DNA of 63,160 bases, filler included, from Circinaria calcarea (Eukaryota): the NCBI GenBank assembly GCA_051942165.1. It is 3 parts of 3 records of this genome, joined end to end, with 100 filler letters (N's around TTAATTAATTAA, not from the genome) between each part and the next. Parts side by side here need not be neighbours in the genome. Positions count along the whole stretch, not along the records: positions 21,136 to 42,113 come from JAVECS010000154.1; positions 42,214 to 63,160 come from JAVECS010000155.1; 1 more part is not named here. One strand, 5' to 3'. Position 1 is the stretch's first letter. The number at the start of each line of letters is the position of its first letter. The position numbers and the translations under genes were made by a program. The notes under the pieces are model-generated. The model did no database searches and was not told the DNA's origin. It saw nothing but the letters and a program-made list of their open reading frames with translations. Positions 34,150 to 49,275 of this stretch are shown here, piece after piece.

Positions 34150-37100
34150 ATCTTCTCTATGTTCTCTGCACCTTTGGCGAGGATCAATTATATGTACAAG
34201 TTAAAGGCGGACGTCTGTTGGATAGGGCTGCTGATGAGGAGGGAGGGTAACGGGCTTGGAAAGACTGACAGAGGATGCCTGAGACCGGTTCTTGTAGGAA
34301 GCAAATCCATCCCAACTCTACCGCAGCACTAAACAGGAACAAGGGTGGGGCACCCCCGGCGCTTCTCAGGGCTGCAGACGCCGCATACGCCGAACTCGCT
34401 CCTTAGCTGTAACTTTTAGAAGCAGGGACCAAGAGGTGTAGCCGGTAGGGTTCTGATTAAGCCATGCTTTGCAGATCTCTGCCCATATCTTGCGCTGCAG
34501 ATTATGGCGTTGACAGCTTGATACAGATTTGCTGAGATACACACGTAGGGTCAATAGCGAGTCACCGTTGGTTTGATGGAGCTTTTAGACGAGGCACCGA
34601 AAGTGACTTCATCGCTCGTGCAGGAACCGTTGAGTCCACACGTGTTTCGGGGTATACTGGAGCGTAACACAACCTCGCTAGCAGTGTATACCGACAGTCT
34701 GGTCCGACTTCTGCGCCATGCAACGCCCCTGAGATTTCCATCGTGGCTCGGCGCCTATTGGACAAACCAGGAGCACGCCAAAGGTCGAGCAGACATAGCG
34801 GAGGTCAGCGATCCTGACATGATGACCTCGACAGCTACTGCACCACATTCCGACTCATAGCCCACGCTTTGGACTCAATCGTGCCAAATTCCCGCGAGCA
34901 GGAAACAGTGCCAAAGGATCAACCCCAGACTACAGTCCGGCTAATCAGAAGCCGCGATTTCGCAAGCACGGCTAGAAGGCGGAAGGCGAAGACAGCCTAC
35001 TGCGCCCCGCCGTCCGGACGAACTTGAAGCTTTTACAGGGCTGACTTCACTGTTTATGCAGGTAATGGGAGATGGGCAGCCCGCTCATCCTAACCGCTGC
35101 CGCTGCATAGGACCGACGATCAACTTGGCAAGACTCGGCGAGGCGGCGGACCAGAAGCGATGCCCAGTCGAGGATCAATCGCGCGGTTCCACCGTGTCGA
35201 AATTGCTTTTTTTCTATAATGGGAGATTGGAGAAGTCTTATCCGGCAGCATACCCACTTCCCCTGTGGAGCTGATTGATCTGAAGGATCGACGCAGGTGA
35301 CGGGGGTCCGGTCGATGGACTGCCGTGGAACTCGACGCCACTGCTGCAGTCGTCTTTCGAACTTTAGCAACGAAGCTTATAGGGACGCCGGCCGCATCCA
35401 ACTGTCATCACGTGTCCTGCTATGCTCATCTACAGGAGCACCATCAGTGAGTAGGAATGAGTGCAGTAAGTGGTTCACAGCAGCTGATGGTGGACAGTGA
35501 CTTCTTAGAACTCAGTCATGAAGTCACTGACAGTCGAAGTGGCCTCGCTCTCCCACCTGACCCGACCTTCCGCACATGGGTATGCCCGAGGCGGCCTTCA
35601 GCTGGCCGGGATGCCTTGTTTCTACCCTTGACCCATGGTTTATCACAGGGCTATAGCGTTGGGGAGTCCCCGCTACCTGCCTCATGGCCCCCCCGTCCGA
35701 CGTCTACTGCTAGTCTTGCCGTCCCCCGGAGCACTGAAGGTACGGGACAAAGTTAGCGAGGTGCAACTGAGCCTCCATCGTGCGTTGAGCGAACGCCATT
35801 GGTTATGATGCTTGGCGTAAGAACTACTAAGCGCCCGTGAGCTTCGATCACATAGATGCAGCTATTTTTATGAGCTACCCGCTGAACATCACCGCCGGAG
35901 CCTACCTACTGCTTTATTTTAACTACTACCCACCCCATAGAGGTGTTAATGATCAGGCAGGGTAGCGACTGCGAAAAGCCGTAGAGAAGCGACTAGGTTC
36001 AACCGTAAGCGTGAGATTCAGCCAACCGACTCTGGTGCATTACCTCTTTGATTTGAATGCAGAGGCCCCCACACACCCCTACTGTTCAAATGCAGCCACC
36101 ATCATAGCTGAAAAGTGACTGCTGAGATGGACGGCGTCGAACCGGGATAATACGCCTAAGCCCCGCGCGTCCTTCGGATGAATTCGAGAAGGTGATGACA
36201 ATCCCTCGACTCCCCTCATGGATGTTGCGCCCAATTTTGGTTCCCGTGGTCGCAACCAACGAACAAGCCGTAGACTGTGGTGTCGAGCATCACCCGGTGT
36301 ATCGTTCAAGAGTCTAGCTAGACAAATGGCTGGATGCGATCAACGCGCATTTAGCGACCCTCAGCCATCACCGTTCGGGCCAATCGAGTCCAAGTGGTCG
36401 TCTTCAGCCTCACCGAGCGGCGTCCGAGCTTTCCTTTGCCATGTGCTCGGTGCCTGTGCCGTACCATATCTCGGCAGAACAGCCGGGGGCCGAAACAGGC
36501 GTTTCTTATCGCGTCGTCCGCGCGTTTAGTCTTATCATGCATTACACGGCACATCTGTTGTCAGCAATCCGCATTGTGCATAAGGTCCCACTATCCCACC
36601 TCACCCCTTGCAGCTGCCAGATCAAGCATCGGCTTAACCTTCACTTGACTGCAATCGAGGCATCCGGAGAGGGCCGCATTCTCACAGATGGATGACCACC
36701 AGAAGGGTATTCTTACCCATCGGGCTCCGGGCAGGGCGGCGCCCCAGTATGAAACATGCTGACAAAGACTACGATACCTATCTGCCCGCTCGAATAGCGC
36801 CAGCATCGTGGCGTTCATCATGGCATTCATCACGGACTGGACGGACGGGATGCATCCTCCAAAGTGTCATCTTCGTCGGCTCAACCTAGTTCCCACCTGA
36901 CAGATGCTGACATCCCGTGCAGACTCTGCCGGAAATAATTGGACGTCGCGCATCATTGCTGTCCTGGCCGGATCGATTTGATATCCACCTAGGACCACGA
37001 CGAAAAAGCCCACCATCGTTACCATGACGTCGGGAATCTAACCTACAGATGCGCATGATTTTTTGGAATCCCTTGACTTCGTGGGGGTAGTAAAGCGCCA

Positions 37101-38703
37101 GAATATCGAAGCCAGAGTGACGTCGACCCGCACCGTCAGCACTAACAAAGCCTAACGACTCGTCCTCCTTCTCGAAACTCCCCCATGCTGAGAGATTATC
37201 TTATCCAATCCTTTGGAGGATTCAGTCTACGACGATCCCATGCCGGCCTAATTTGCCATTTTCCACATGGAATCCTTCTGGGGATTTTCCCCATTTGCAC
37301 AGACTGCAAATCCCCCCTTCTCAAATTGCCGAAGGATGCATGACTTAGTAAGCGGAAGGACAGCCAATACCAATCTTCACGCTACGTCCATCAAGCTACT
37401 ATCGCGCTAGTACGAAAGGATTGAAATAAATATAGAGGATCACTAAAAGCCCCCAGAAAGGTCGCCAGCAGCTTATCACTACACGTTAGCAAAAACCAAG
37501 CAATTAGCATCTTATACCTATTACTACCCTAATTAGAACTCTAGACACCCATCCAGTTACAACACCTTTATTCTATACATAGAAAAACATACCTCAACCT
37601 TGACTTTATTAGCCAAATAGGTAGGAGCTCCCTTGGGTCGGATCTTCACCGCTATCTCATAGATTCTTTTGCCGAACACCCGAGCACGAGGTGCAGCTTA
37701 ACTCATAGAGAAATCCTTTTGAATTGTTCATGCACTCATGACCGAATCCTCAAGGAAGCCCATTACGCCCCCAACGGGTTGATAACAGTGGCTAAAGTAG
37801 GCGATGACAGGATGAGGCTGCCTTGGTCTGCAGGCACGTGGAGTCCGCTGTACGGCATCAGCCTACCATCTGCAACAGTCCCGTGCACGAGGAACGTTTG
37901 TTTGACGCCTTTAGGATGGCTTGCAGGAATAACAGGATTAGAGGCTCAGTACGATGAAGCTTATCCACCCGAGCCGACGAAATGGGAGGCCGTGCATGGT
38001 GATCCTATGGAAACACTGACTCGAGTGAAATGAGCGAATCGGTCGTCGTCGGTTTTACCATCCGCTCCTTGAGTTGGCCTTGATAAAGCACCTGCTTGTG
38101 CTTGACATCCGCCCTTCCCGGACGTTGCGAGCTCTCCGTGCATGAGGAAACCCCAAAAAAAAAAGCCCTCATCCGCTAAATTCAGGTGTGAAGCTTCCCC
38201 GTGGGATTCGAGATGCACTCCAATGGCGATGTCAATATTACCGTAGGCTTATTTGACAAACTCCAAATATCTTCCAAACTCAGTTTATTATCATCCTCAT
38301 AACTCCGTACTAACCTCCACGGGAAGCGCATGCGAGTGCGCTATAAAACACTCACCAATGAATTGCCTTGGACCAAGTATTTCAATTTGGTGGTGTACCG
38401 CCACGGCTCACGTCCTGACGTAGTGACACAATTCGGGAGTGATGAGAGAAGGCTTCGCTTTTGCAAGCCAGGGCAGCAGCAGAGCCTAGTCAGATGAGAA
38501 TCAGTATGTGGGACTACAACGAAGTCTAGCCTGAGAACAACAAGTACTGTATGATGGATTTCTTGATCCAAGGCAACGTCTTCTTTCGGCCTTATTATAG
38601 CAATCAACCTCGTGCGTCCCCTATCCATGACCGACGCCACTTCCCACTCCAATCCACCAAACACCCTTCCTTGCGCCCTCGCCAATTGGATCCCACTCTA
38701 CTT

Positions 38704-39303
38704 TTAGTTCCTGACCACCATCCCCTCCGTGTTCGCCTGATACCCGACAGCCATCTTCCCATCATTCGCCTGCCCATTGATAATCAACATCTCCTTCTCC
38801 TCTTGTACGAGAGCGCAACATGCACAGCACGAGGAGCGCAGACAATCACCAACACCGGATCCTTTGAGCTTGTATTGAGCTCGCATATCGCTGCGGTTGA
38901 TCCATTGGAGACAGCCGGAGACACCGCACACGATCGAAGCTGCGTAGCTCATGCACTAAATTTGATGTTTGGTTAGCGCGAATTCACGTGAAAACCGGCA
39001 GTTGAAGCCCTTGCGAAGAACGTGACGCGCCAGAAGCTCGGAATTCGGGGAGGAGTTGGGTGCTCAACACATACGTTCCCGTTACACGACGAGTAATTCG
39101 CCAATGTCGGATCGCTCCTCCTCGCCTTTGTCTTTCCAAAGAGGAAACATGGACACCATGCCGCCATGCAGCCTGACGGATCCTCGATCAGTCCGGCTCA
39201 CCCCTTTCACTCCTCAATGAGGGAGATACATACAGGTTCCGAGCGGATTGCAGCAACTCCAAAAGGAATTGCTCCACTCGCGGTCGTGCATGCCCGTGGC
39301 CAT
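38704..39303 (-). CDS. PLAC8 (DUF614) cysteine-rich protein, 3 exons
   Basis: WSNSFWSCCNP|CMAAWCPCFLFGKT...|LQWINRSDMRAQYKLKGSGVGDCLRSSCCACCALVQEEKE. Confidence 0.9.
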
Positions 39304-42113
39304 GTCAACACTCTTGCCTTGAGGGTCGCGCGGAAAGCTGGTGGGTAGCGATTTTATGAATTTGGAGGACGGGCGGATGCAGTAAGGGTTGGAGCTGGTG
39401 CTGGGGAGACACCGGTGATCAAGTAAATGATCTTAGTTGGACGGCGGAGAATCGACCGACGACAGACGCGCGAAAACAGTGGGAAATTCACAGCGTCGAG
39501 AGCAGGAACAGACGGACTTTGCTGGGGGGGGGGGTTTCTTGCACGCGATGGACAAAGCCTTTCTCTATCTACCCTGATTCCAATGCTCGAGAGTTCCAAA
39601 GGAGCGACGGAAGAAAGGAAACCGAACGACTCGAGGGGAGGGAGACCACGCTCTTAACGACCTCCATCTCCCCCCTCAACCTCGCTCAGCTCTGAGGTTG
39701 CACAAGCCAATGGGCAAGAATAGAAGCATAGTGAAACCGGCACAGCTTCCTGCCCGCTGACCGTTACCACTCTGCGCTTCTGCTGTAAATCGTATGATAC
39801 ATGCAAAATCTGCACTCGGTCCTGTGCCACGAAGTCCAATCCCATCCCATTCAGCCCCGTTATTCTGACTCAGCCCTCGTCGCTCGTATCCGACCTGTGG
39901 AAACTCAGCCGAGCGTAAATGTGACGGTTTCTTGTTGATCGACGCCCTCAAGGGGGCTACCTCCGTAAGGCTCTCGCGCAAGGGCAGGGCAAGGGGGAAG
40001 AGTAAGCCCAGGCGAACTTGGGGCCCGTCCCTCCCTCCCTCCCCGCATTTCACTTTTGCTTTTTCTTTTCGTTTGGATTAACGGGCGGGGGCTTTTGCGG
40101 CGTGTGGAAATGAGAGGGGCTTGCATAGAGGGGTTCCTATATGGTGGAAATTAATTAGGAGAAGGGGAAAGTGGGAGGAGGGGTACGCCGCTTGGCTGCA
40201 GGAGCGGGGAGGAGGGGCTGAATTGGGAAAAGACGCCCGTAGGAGCGGAGGTATCTCGTGATGCTACCTTTAATGATTTACTGTATCTACTATGTATTAT
40301 TGACTCCTCTCCTCAATATTCAGGTCTTCCCCACTATTATATATCAATTGAAGCTCTCGAATGCTGCTGGTATCGCACCAGTTCTGTAGCTTAGCCTGTG
40401 CTATAATGGATAATAGTAGCAGCGACGATGTTAGAGCTACCGCATATTAGATACCTGTCGATTATTTTAAAAGACCCCGTTTTATTGCCAGAGCCTACGC
40501 CTTTGCGTTGAAACGATGTAACGGTAGCCAAGGTGCCTAATGTTACCCGCACACGCGTCCTGTGGCTCCTGCTGTCTCGCCATTTCTTGGCTTTTGGTGT
40601 TGTTGTGTTGCAGCGCTGACTGTACGCTGTACCATAAGGGGATTATATAGCACGCTACTCCACAGGGGTGTATATCATGTCAATCTGTACTCATCATTCC
40701 TACACGAGGGCACGACTAATGAAACACCCACCTTACAACGCTGCACTTAAAACTTCGATTTTAACAACGGGAGATGATTTTTCTCTTAGTCCTCGTTGCT
40801 CAAATTGGGAAGAGCCCCTAGCTCATATAGAACATTCGTATTGTCATTTTGTTGGTTAGGTTACAGACAAGGTCCCGAGGCTGCTTTTCATGCGACCCAA
40901 GGCTGTCTCCTCTACACCGCAAGTTACCACACCATGTGCTGTAAACCTTTGACCCTGCTTATCTCTACTTGACCTTTGGTTCTCCCCACTACTTAGATAT
41001 CTTCTCCGCCACCTTCTACAGCTCAAAACCTTCTCTGGGCCTATAAAATATTTTGCCGACTTTGGCATGTAGTAAAGCACACGTTGATCCTCTACTCCCA
41101 CACTTTTTTCGAGACTGTGTTTCTACACACGATAGCAAACTTTAATCGTCAGGGATAATCCAGAATCCAGTCGAGTTTAGAGTACCTTTATTTCCTTTTT
41201 TTATATCTATTGTAGCCCTGATGAGCCTACCAATGGATGCATTTCTTGCCGCGCTGTAGCCACTTTAATAAATAGAGGGTATAATTTGCACCTTTATCCC
41301 GGTTTGCTCTTTGACTCCTGCTTGGGATTGACCGCTATCTCTAATTCCCCATTTCAAACTCCTATCTTACTCCTCTTCTAATCTTATCTCCAGGACTAGG
41401 TAGCCGCGCCGATATTTCCCACTACTCTTACAGAGACTACAGACGATACGGGCTAGAATACACCAGGGGCGGTATATACCCGCACAGACACTGTATGTTT
41501 GTAAAACAGGAGCTCGGGGTCAGTGTTGTTCATTATACAGCCCCCTGTGTATTCTCGCGGGGCAGGGGGTCTCTGTTCTGTATATTCCATTGCATACTTC
41601 ATGGCAATTTCTCCGAAAAAGGGTGTATCGGTATCCCGCCTGCCGGCCCTGCCTCTTCCACGCGAAAGAGAACCTCCCCTACCCCCAATTCCTCAAAGCA
41701 CATCCAGAAGCAACCTCAATCCCATCCCGTCATCCTAGTCACCCGAGCCATTATTCATCTTGAGAACTGTATGTAATCAACAAACCGAGGGTGGAATCCA
41801 ATTTCGGCCACATCATCTAGTTTTCGAATCCACCGCCTTTGCTCTTGCTTCTCCCCAAGCAACGACCTTCTTCCCCTCTCCCCTCACCATCAGAGTCATT
41901 ATTATCAAAGGAAAGGGATCGATCATCTACCTAATTCGACGGTTTGACAGTTGGGAGAGAACACGAGAACATAAACTCAGTCCAAACATTCCAAATTCCA
42001 CTCTTTACTTTCCATCGCCCCCTACGACTCCTCCTTCTACATCCACATCCTCAAAATCCCCCCCACACCTAGTTCACCTCCCTCCCTTCCTCCCAACAGC
42101 CATATTCCCAACC

Positions 42114-42213
42114 NNNNNNNNNNNNNNNNNNNNNNNNNNNNNNNNNNNNNNNNNNNNTTAATTAATTAANNNNNNNNNNNNNNNNNNNNNNNNNNNNNNN
42201 NNNNNNNNNNNNN
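42114..42213. other. Artificial scaffold linker (N44-TTAATTAATTAA-N44)
   Basis: Same structure as 21036-21135. Confidence 0.95.
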
Positions 42214-43124
42214 CCCTGGCACCCCTCCGCCTGGTACGCCATCGACGACCGTCTCCGCGGCGGCGCCTCCACCTCCACCCTCACTCTTTCTCCTCCTCCT
42301 CCTCCTCCTCCTCCTCCTCCTCCCACCACGCCCTCATGCCCGGAGGAAAACAACCGCGTCCGCTTCGCTGGGGTGTTGGATACGAAAACGCTGGGCGGAG
42401 CCGGGTTCGCGTCCCGAGCTGCTTGTCCTCCTCCTCCTCCGCCTTCGGCAACCGCAACCGCAACCGCACCGGGGGAAAAGGATGGAAAGGGGATCTGGGA
42501 CCTGAGCGCCTACGATGGCGTGGAGATAGCGGTGGGACGGGGGGATGGGAAACTGTATACGTTTATTCTCAAGGATGACCTTCTCCCCGAGGGAGATGCT
42601 CCGAGGGGACAGAGGGCGGGCGTGAATTGGGAGGTGGAGTTTCGGGCTCCGGGTCCGGATCGCAAGGAAGGGGGAGAAAGAGAGGGGGGGAAGGAGAAGA
42701 AAGGGGAGGAATGGAAAGGACACGTGGTATGGTGTCCGTGGGGGGATTTCAAGCCTACGTACCGGGGGCGGGAAAAAAAGGACGCGGGAGCGTTGAAGAC
42801 GGGGGAGATCCGGCGGGTGAGCATTATGATGAGGAGGTATGTGACCGACCGTTTCTATCGGGGAGGGATTTTGAATGAGGTAAACGTGCTGACTGGGATG
42901 GTGGCGGCAGCTTCTTTGGGACACAGGAAGGCAAGTTCGAGGTGGAGTTGATTTCCATTTCGGCTGTCAAGTGCAAGAGTAGAAAGGAGGATGAAAAAGC
43001 AGCTTTTGTGGAAGATCACGGCGATCAAGCCAAAGCTATCGAGAATACAGAGGCTGTAAAGGAAGCGAGCACAGATAGCACCAGCTGGTTCTCTTGGCTA
43101 CCGAGCCACTGTGTCGTAAGTTGA
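42214..43124 (+). CDS. CIA30-domain protein (complex I intermediate-associated protein 30 family), 5' end in the gap, intron 42837-42910
   Basis: WYAIDDRLRGGASTSTL, GVLDTKTLGGAGFAS, WDLSAYDG, GDGKLYTFILKD, FKPTYRGREK, IMMR|SFFGTQEGKFEV; (CCT)n poly-Pro insert at ~42290-42322. Confidence 0.9.
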
Positions 43125-43367
43125 TTGAGAAAAGGGGAAAAGCATAAATGCAGCACCATTATTATTCCCCTTTCAAAAACCCTCCTTCTCGAATAATGAT
43201 ACCTTCTATCGTCCTTTGTGTTGCAATCTGTTCGTCAAGGTGTTGCTGTAGGTTAATCTACCAGAGTCTAGGTCGTGAGCTGACTAGCAAGAAGTAACGC
43301 GAACGTCTCTCCTTAAGCGCTCATCTCTCTTAGAATGTCAACGATTCAGCCATCTTTGCCGGATCTA

Positions 43368-44816
43368 TCATTGGTCGGACCAGAATTTCTTAGTCGGATC
43401 TTCGATTTCTATCATCCACTCACTGTTGGCCCATCCCGGTTGCTTGCGCGGTCGCGCTGGTTGAGATGACCTTTGCTCCTCGTCTGGCGGGACGAAACCG
43501 AACAAGTGCTCATTGTGGGTTCCCTGAATACTCTGAGATCTGGGTTGTGATGGTATTGGTGGCGATGATCTTAGTTGTGAGGTTCTTCGTTGTGACGGTC
43601 GAGATCCATCCGTACTGCATGCTCTCGCTCTAGCCTCTTCACTACGTGAGTCGAAACCGAACACTCCATCATTGCAAGTCTCCTCGGTGCCTTCACGCAA
43701 GCATTTTCCAACATCATCCTCTGGCAGGTGTTGCAACGTCGACCGAGAACCGGGCAAAGGAGATTTTGGAGGCCTTATGAAATTTGACAACCTTGATTTT
43801 GTTCCCATCCTTCCGAATCTGTCTCGACGGGGTATTCGTACTGAACGTCGCTGTCTCGCAATATGTATTTTCCTCTCGTTCAGGGCGGTTCGGCGGGCTC
43901 CACTTCCAAGACGGGCGGGATCGACTGTTTGTGTATTTGCAGAATCCATAGCATGCCTTGGAGTCGGAAAGGGAAAGGGTTCAAACGGAAGTCGATTGTG
44001 CTCGATTGCTTTGTCCCAGGCGACTGGCCGGTTAGGATATTCGATATCTATGGTGATATGGTCTGCGTAGCCGCTTTGATGCTGACTACGCTCCAAAATC
44101 TTCCTGTGACTGTCAATTCGTGGCAAGACTCTCCTATGTTTGAAATTCAAGTCCATCGTATTCGGGTCGTAGGACCTATCGACTTTCCCTTTGTCGAGTT
44201 CTTCGAATGCCCTATGGCCAAGCTCGTTCAGTTCTCTTATGGATACATAGTTTGAAGGAGGTGGCTGGTTTGCAGGCCGTAGGGTCTCAAGAACCTCATC
44301 GTTGGGAAGCATGCGCTCCTGGCTCGTAAAGTCTCGACGTCCCTTACCCGTCCTAGTTTTCTTCCTTCTCGGGACTTCTACCGAATCTTCTTGTACATCT
44401 ACTTCAGCGTCGTCCGGTACTTGCTGTTCACTGTTCGGTATGATTTTGTGGATCTTCTGAACACCTTTACTGTCTCGGTACTGGATAATCTGCCCCCAAA
44501 CCTCTTGCCTTGTCTCATACACCCGAGTCCCTTCATCTGAGCTTCCATCTCCATGTGGACTATCAAACTCCTCATCGTCCTCCTCGTCATCGTCATCATC
44601 CTCGTCCTCGCTGAGGAACAGAGGCGTAGGGGGGCATTCAGACATCAAAGGCCCTTGTGGAGGCCATGGCGGTGGGTCTTCATTGGCAGGGCGTTCTTCC
44701 CCTCTTACTCTCCGATTGTGTTCTTCTAGTGTTTCACGTTTGCGAGGCTTCTTGTTGGGAAAGGGGTCTCCATGCAACGTGAAGTCGAAGTACGACCTCT
44801 TCCTGCTCTCTGCCAT
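43368..44816 (-). CDS. Hypothetical basic/acidic, probably nuclear, disordered protein (482 aa)
   Basis: Long ORF with KKPRKRE and RRKK clusters and an Asp/Glu tract; no recognisable domain. Confidence 0.7.
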   Translation of the reverse strand: MAESRKRSYFDFTLHGDPFPNKKPRKRETLEEHNRRVRGEERPANEDPPPWPPQGPLMSECPPTPLFLSEDEDDDDDEEDDEEFDSPHGDGSSDEGTRVYETRQEVWGQIIQYRDSKGVQKIHKIIPNSEQQVPDDAEVDVQEDSVEVPRRKKTRTGKGRRDFTSQERMLPNDEVLETLRPANQPPPSNYVSIRELNELGHRAFEELDKGKVDRSYDPNTMDLNFKHRRVLPRIDSHRKILERSQHQSGYADHITIDIEYPNRPVAWDKAIEHNRLPFEPFPFPTPRHAMDSANTQTVDPARLGSGARRTALNERKIHIARQRRSVRIPRRDRFGRMGTKSRLSNFIRPPKSPLPGSRSTLQHLPEDDVGKCLREGTEETCNDGVFGFDSRSEEARARACSTDGSRPSQRRTSQLRSSPPIPSQPRSQSIQGTHNEHLFGFVPPDEEQRSSQPARPRKQPGWANSEWMIEIEDPTKKFWSDQ

Positions 44817-45469
44817 CTTAGGATGGTTATGGTGGTACTATCTGGTTAGATTATTGACGTTGACGAATGTGCTAGCTAATCTCGGACATGGATGCTAACG
44901 AGACTTTGGATGGGCAATGCATCACCATCACAATGTGTTGCAGGTGGAAAAGGTTTCGAATTTAGACGCACTGCAAACACGCTTGAAGTATTCGTTCGCT
45001 GTCTGTGAATAATTAACCGAAGGTGGGATAGGGCACCGCTAAGAATCCGAGCAACTGTTGCTCCTCCAGTCTCTGACATGTTAGCGATTGGGTTGCGTGC
45101 ATGTTATCCTGCCAGGAGACTCTGATTAGGGAAGCCAGGAGAATGCTTCTTCCGTACATTACGTAGCATTCAGTTATAAACGGCAATAGCCGGGAAGAGG
45201 ACAACACGTACTAATATTTGCATACTGCATCTGTGACCCAAAGGCTTAATACCGTTAATTTATGTCCGAAAGGATGTTTAAAAACCCTGGAATCATTCTC
45301 TGTATTATGTAACGTCCCACATGTCATAGATATATGTCCCAAAGGCTCATATGATCAAGCGTCCTAAAAGAACTTTCATCGGGGCTTAGGCGTAGATAGA
45401 AAAAAATATGGATCGTTTGTCAGTCTTGAGAAGAATAGCGTATCGTCATAACTCCTAACCACCAGTGCT

Positions 45470-46938
45470 TCAACTCTCCCCCGTCCAACTCCCCAAATCC
45501 GGCCTCTCCACACCCGCCCCATTTCCATTCGTCTTCCTCTCCCCATTCGGGCGTCGGAAATGTACTTTCAGTGGCTCCCAGCTTTCCGCGTTATACTCTT
45601 TCTGCACCTTCCCACTCTCCTTCAAACCCCACTCTGTCACGCCGACCATCAAACAGCTCTCGAACATGAACGCCATACTCCCTTCTCCCACTTTCATCGG
45701 TTTCAATTCCGCCGTACTCGCTTTCTCGTACGTCACACTATCGGGGCCGTGTGCGCTCATGATGTTATGTAGACTTGCCCCAGCGGGTTGGAAGCCACCA
45801 CCTTCTTTGGCGTCGTACTGGCCATGGATAAGACCCATGAATTCGGACATTGTGTTCCGATGGTACCAGGGGGGCCGGAATGTACCTTCTGCGACGAGCC
45901 AGCGGGGAGGGAAGATGACGAAGTCGGTGATGGCAGTGCCCGGGACGGGAGAAGGAGCGGAGAGAACAGTGAAAATGGACGGGTCGGGGTGGTCGTAGGA
46001 TATGCTACCAATAGTGTTAAAGCGGCCGAGGTCGTATTTGTAGGGATAGTACGTTCCATGCCATGCAACGACGTCGAAGGGAGTATGCGTCTGTGCGGCG
46101 GCAAAGAGACGACCATTGAACTTGGACAGCAGAGTGTATTTTGCCTCGGAGCCGGAATGGTCTTCGATGAAATCAGCGGTCGGGGCTTGAAAGTCACGTG
46201 CATTAGCCAGACAATTGGAGCCAATGGGGCCAAGCTCAGGAAGTTGGAAGTGGCCCTGGTAGAGCTCGAGAATGTAGCCTCGTACCGGACCGTGAGGAAG
46301 TGAGACGTGGTAGCGGATTCCGCGGGGGATCACGCAGATCTCGTTGGGGCGGACAAGTAGAGATCCGAGTTCGGTACGGATGTCGAGCACACCGTGTTGC
46401 AGGACGATGAGGAAGTCGCCGTCTGCGCTGTAGAAGGCTGAGTGCACATCCATGGATTTCCCAGCTGCGAAGATGAAGATCCCGAGACCGGACTTCATGG
46501 TGGGGTCTCCGGCGCCGGCGACAAGGTGGAGAGAATGCACCCAGTCAGCCGACTGGTCGAGATCGAAGGGATTCCAGCGGAGTTGATTGGGGATCTGGTG
46601 GAGTACGTTGTTTTCTGGGTTGGTGTTGTAAGTCGAGGGCTCTCGGGGGACAAAGGGTGAGTGCGAGGCCGCGGGGAGGATGCGGTAGAGCCATGTTTGC
46701 TGGTTCTCATGACGAGGAGACGTGAAGGCGGTACCTGAGAGTTTTTCGGTGTAGAGGCCATAAGGGGCTGTTTGGGGCGAGTTGGCGCCCACCGGAAGTG
46801 CTCCTGAGATGGCTTCGGACCTGATTGTCGTCAAACGACAAAGTCTCCCGTATTGTGAGGGTGGATATACTCATGATAGGACCCAAATCCATTCTGATAC
46901 TTGTATTTATCCCTGATGCTGAAGTTTGTGACGGGCAT
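45470..46938 (-). CDS. hmgA: Homogentisate 1,2-dioxygenase (exons 46938-46871, 46820-45470)
   Basis: [78 protein letters not shown]. Confidence 0.97.
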
Positions 46939-47328
46939 TCTTTGATTAATACTCGAATTCGACTACATATATATTCCTTGCTTGGGTCACCTTTGCTAAT
47001 ATCTTCAAATTCACATCCAAATAAGCTGCCCTGCAATCCAAATACAGTTTCTTTGGTACACGTGGCTATCCACTGGGTGTGTTATGCAATCTGACGAGAC
47101 GCAACTCTATACCTTCTGGAGTCATCGTGGTCTGTTCACGATCATCGGCTTGCGTCGGGATAAAGATGAGATGTGGCACGTGAGACTGCGGAATCATCCC
47201 GCCCATGTCCAGCGGGCCAGAAATGAAAAGGATAAGGTGCATGTAGTTGGCTCTTTCATACACTAAACCTAAACGTATGCGGGTGAAGAATGATGCCAAA
47301 ATTCCATCCCCAATGTGTCGTGGCCCTT

Positions 47329-49275
<1,947 letters not shown>

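Noticed and set aside
40850..41700. Protein-like minus-strand reading with many stops
   Set aside because: May be a decayed gene, but there is no recognisable motif or splice structure to support a call.
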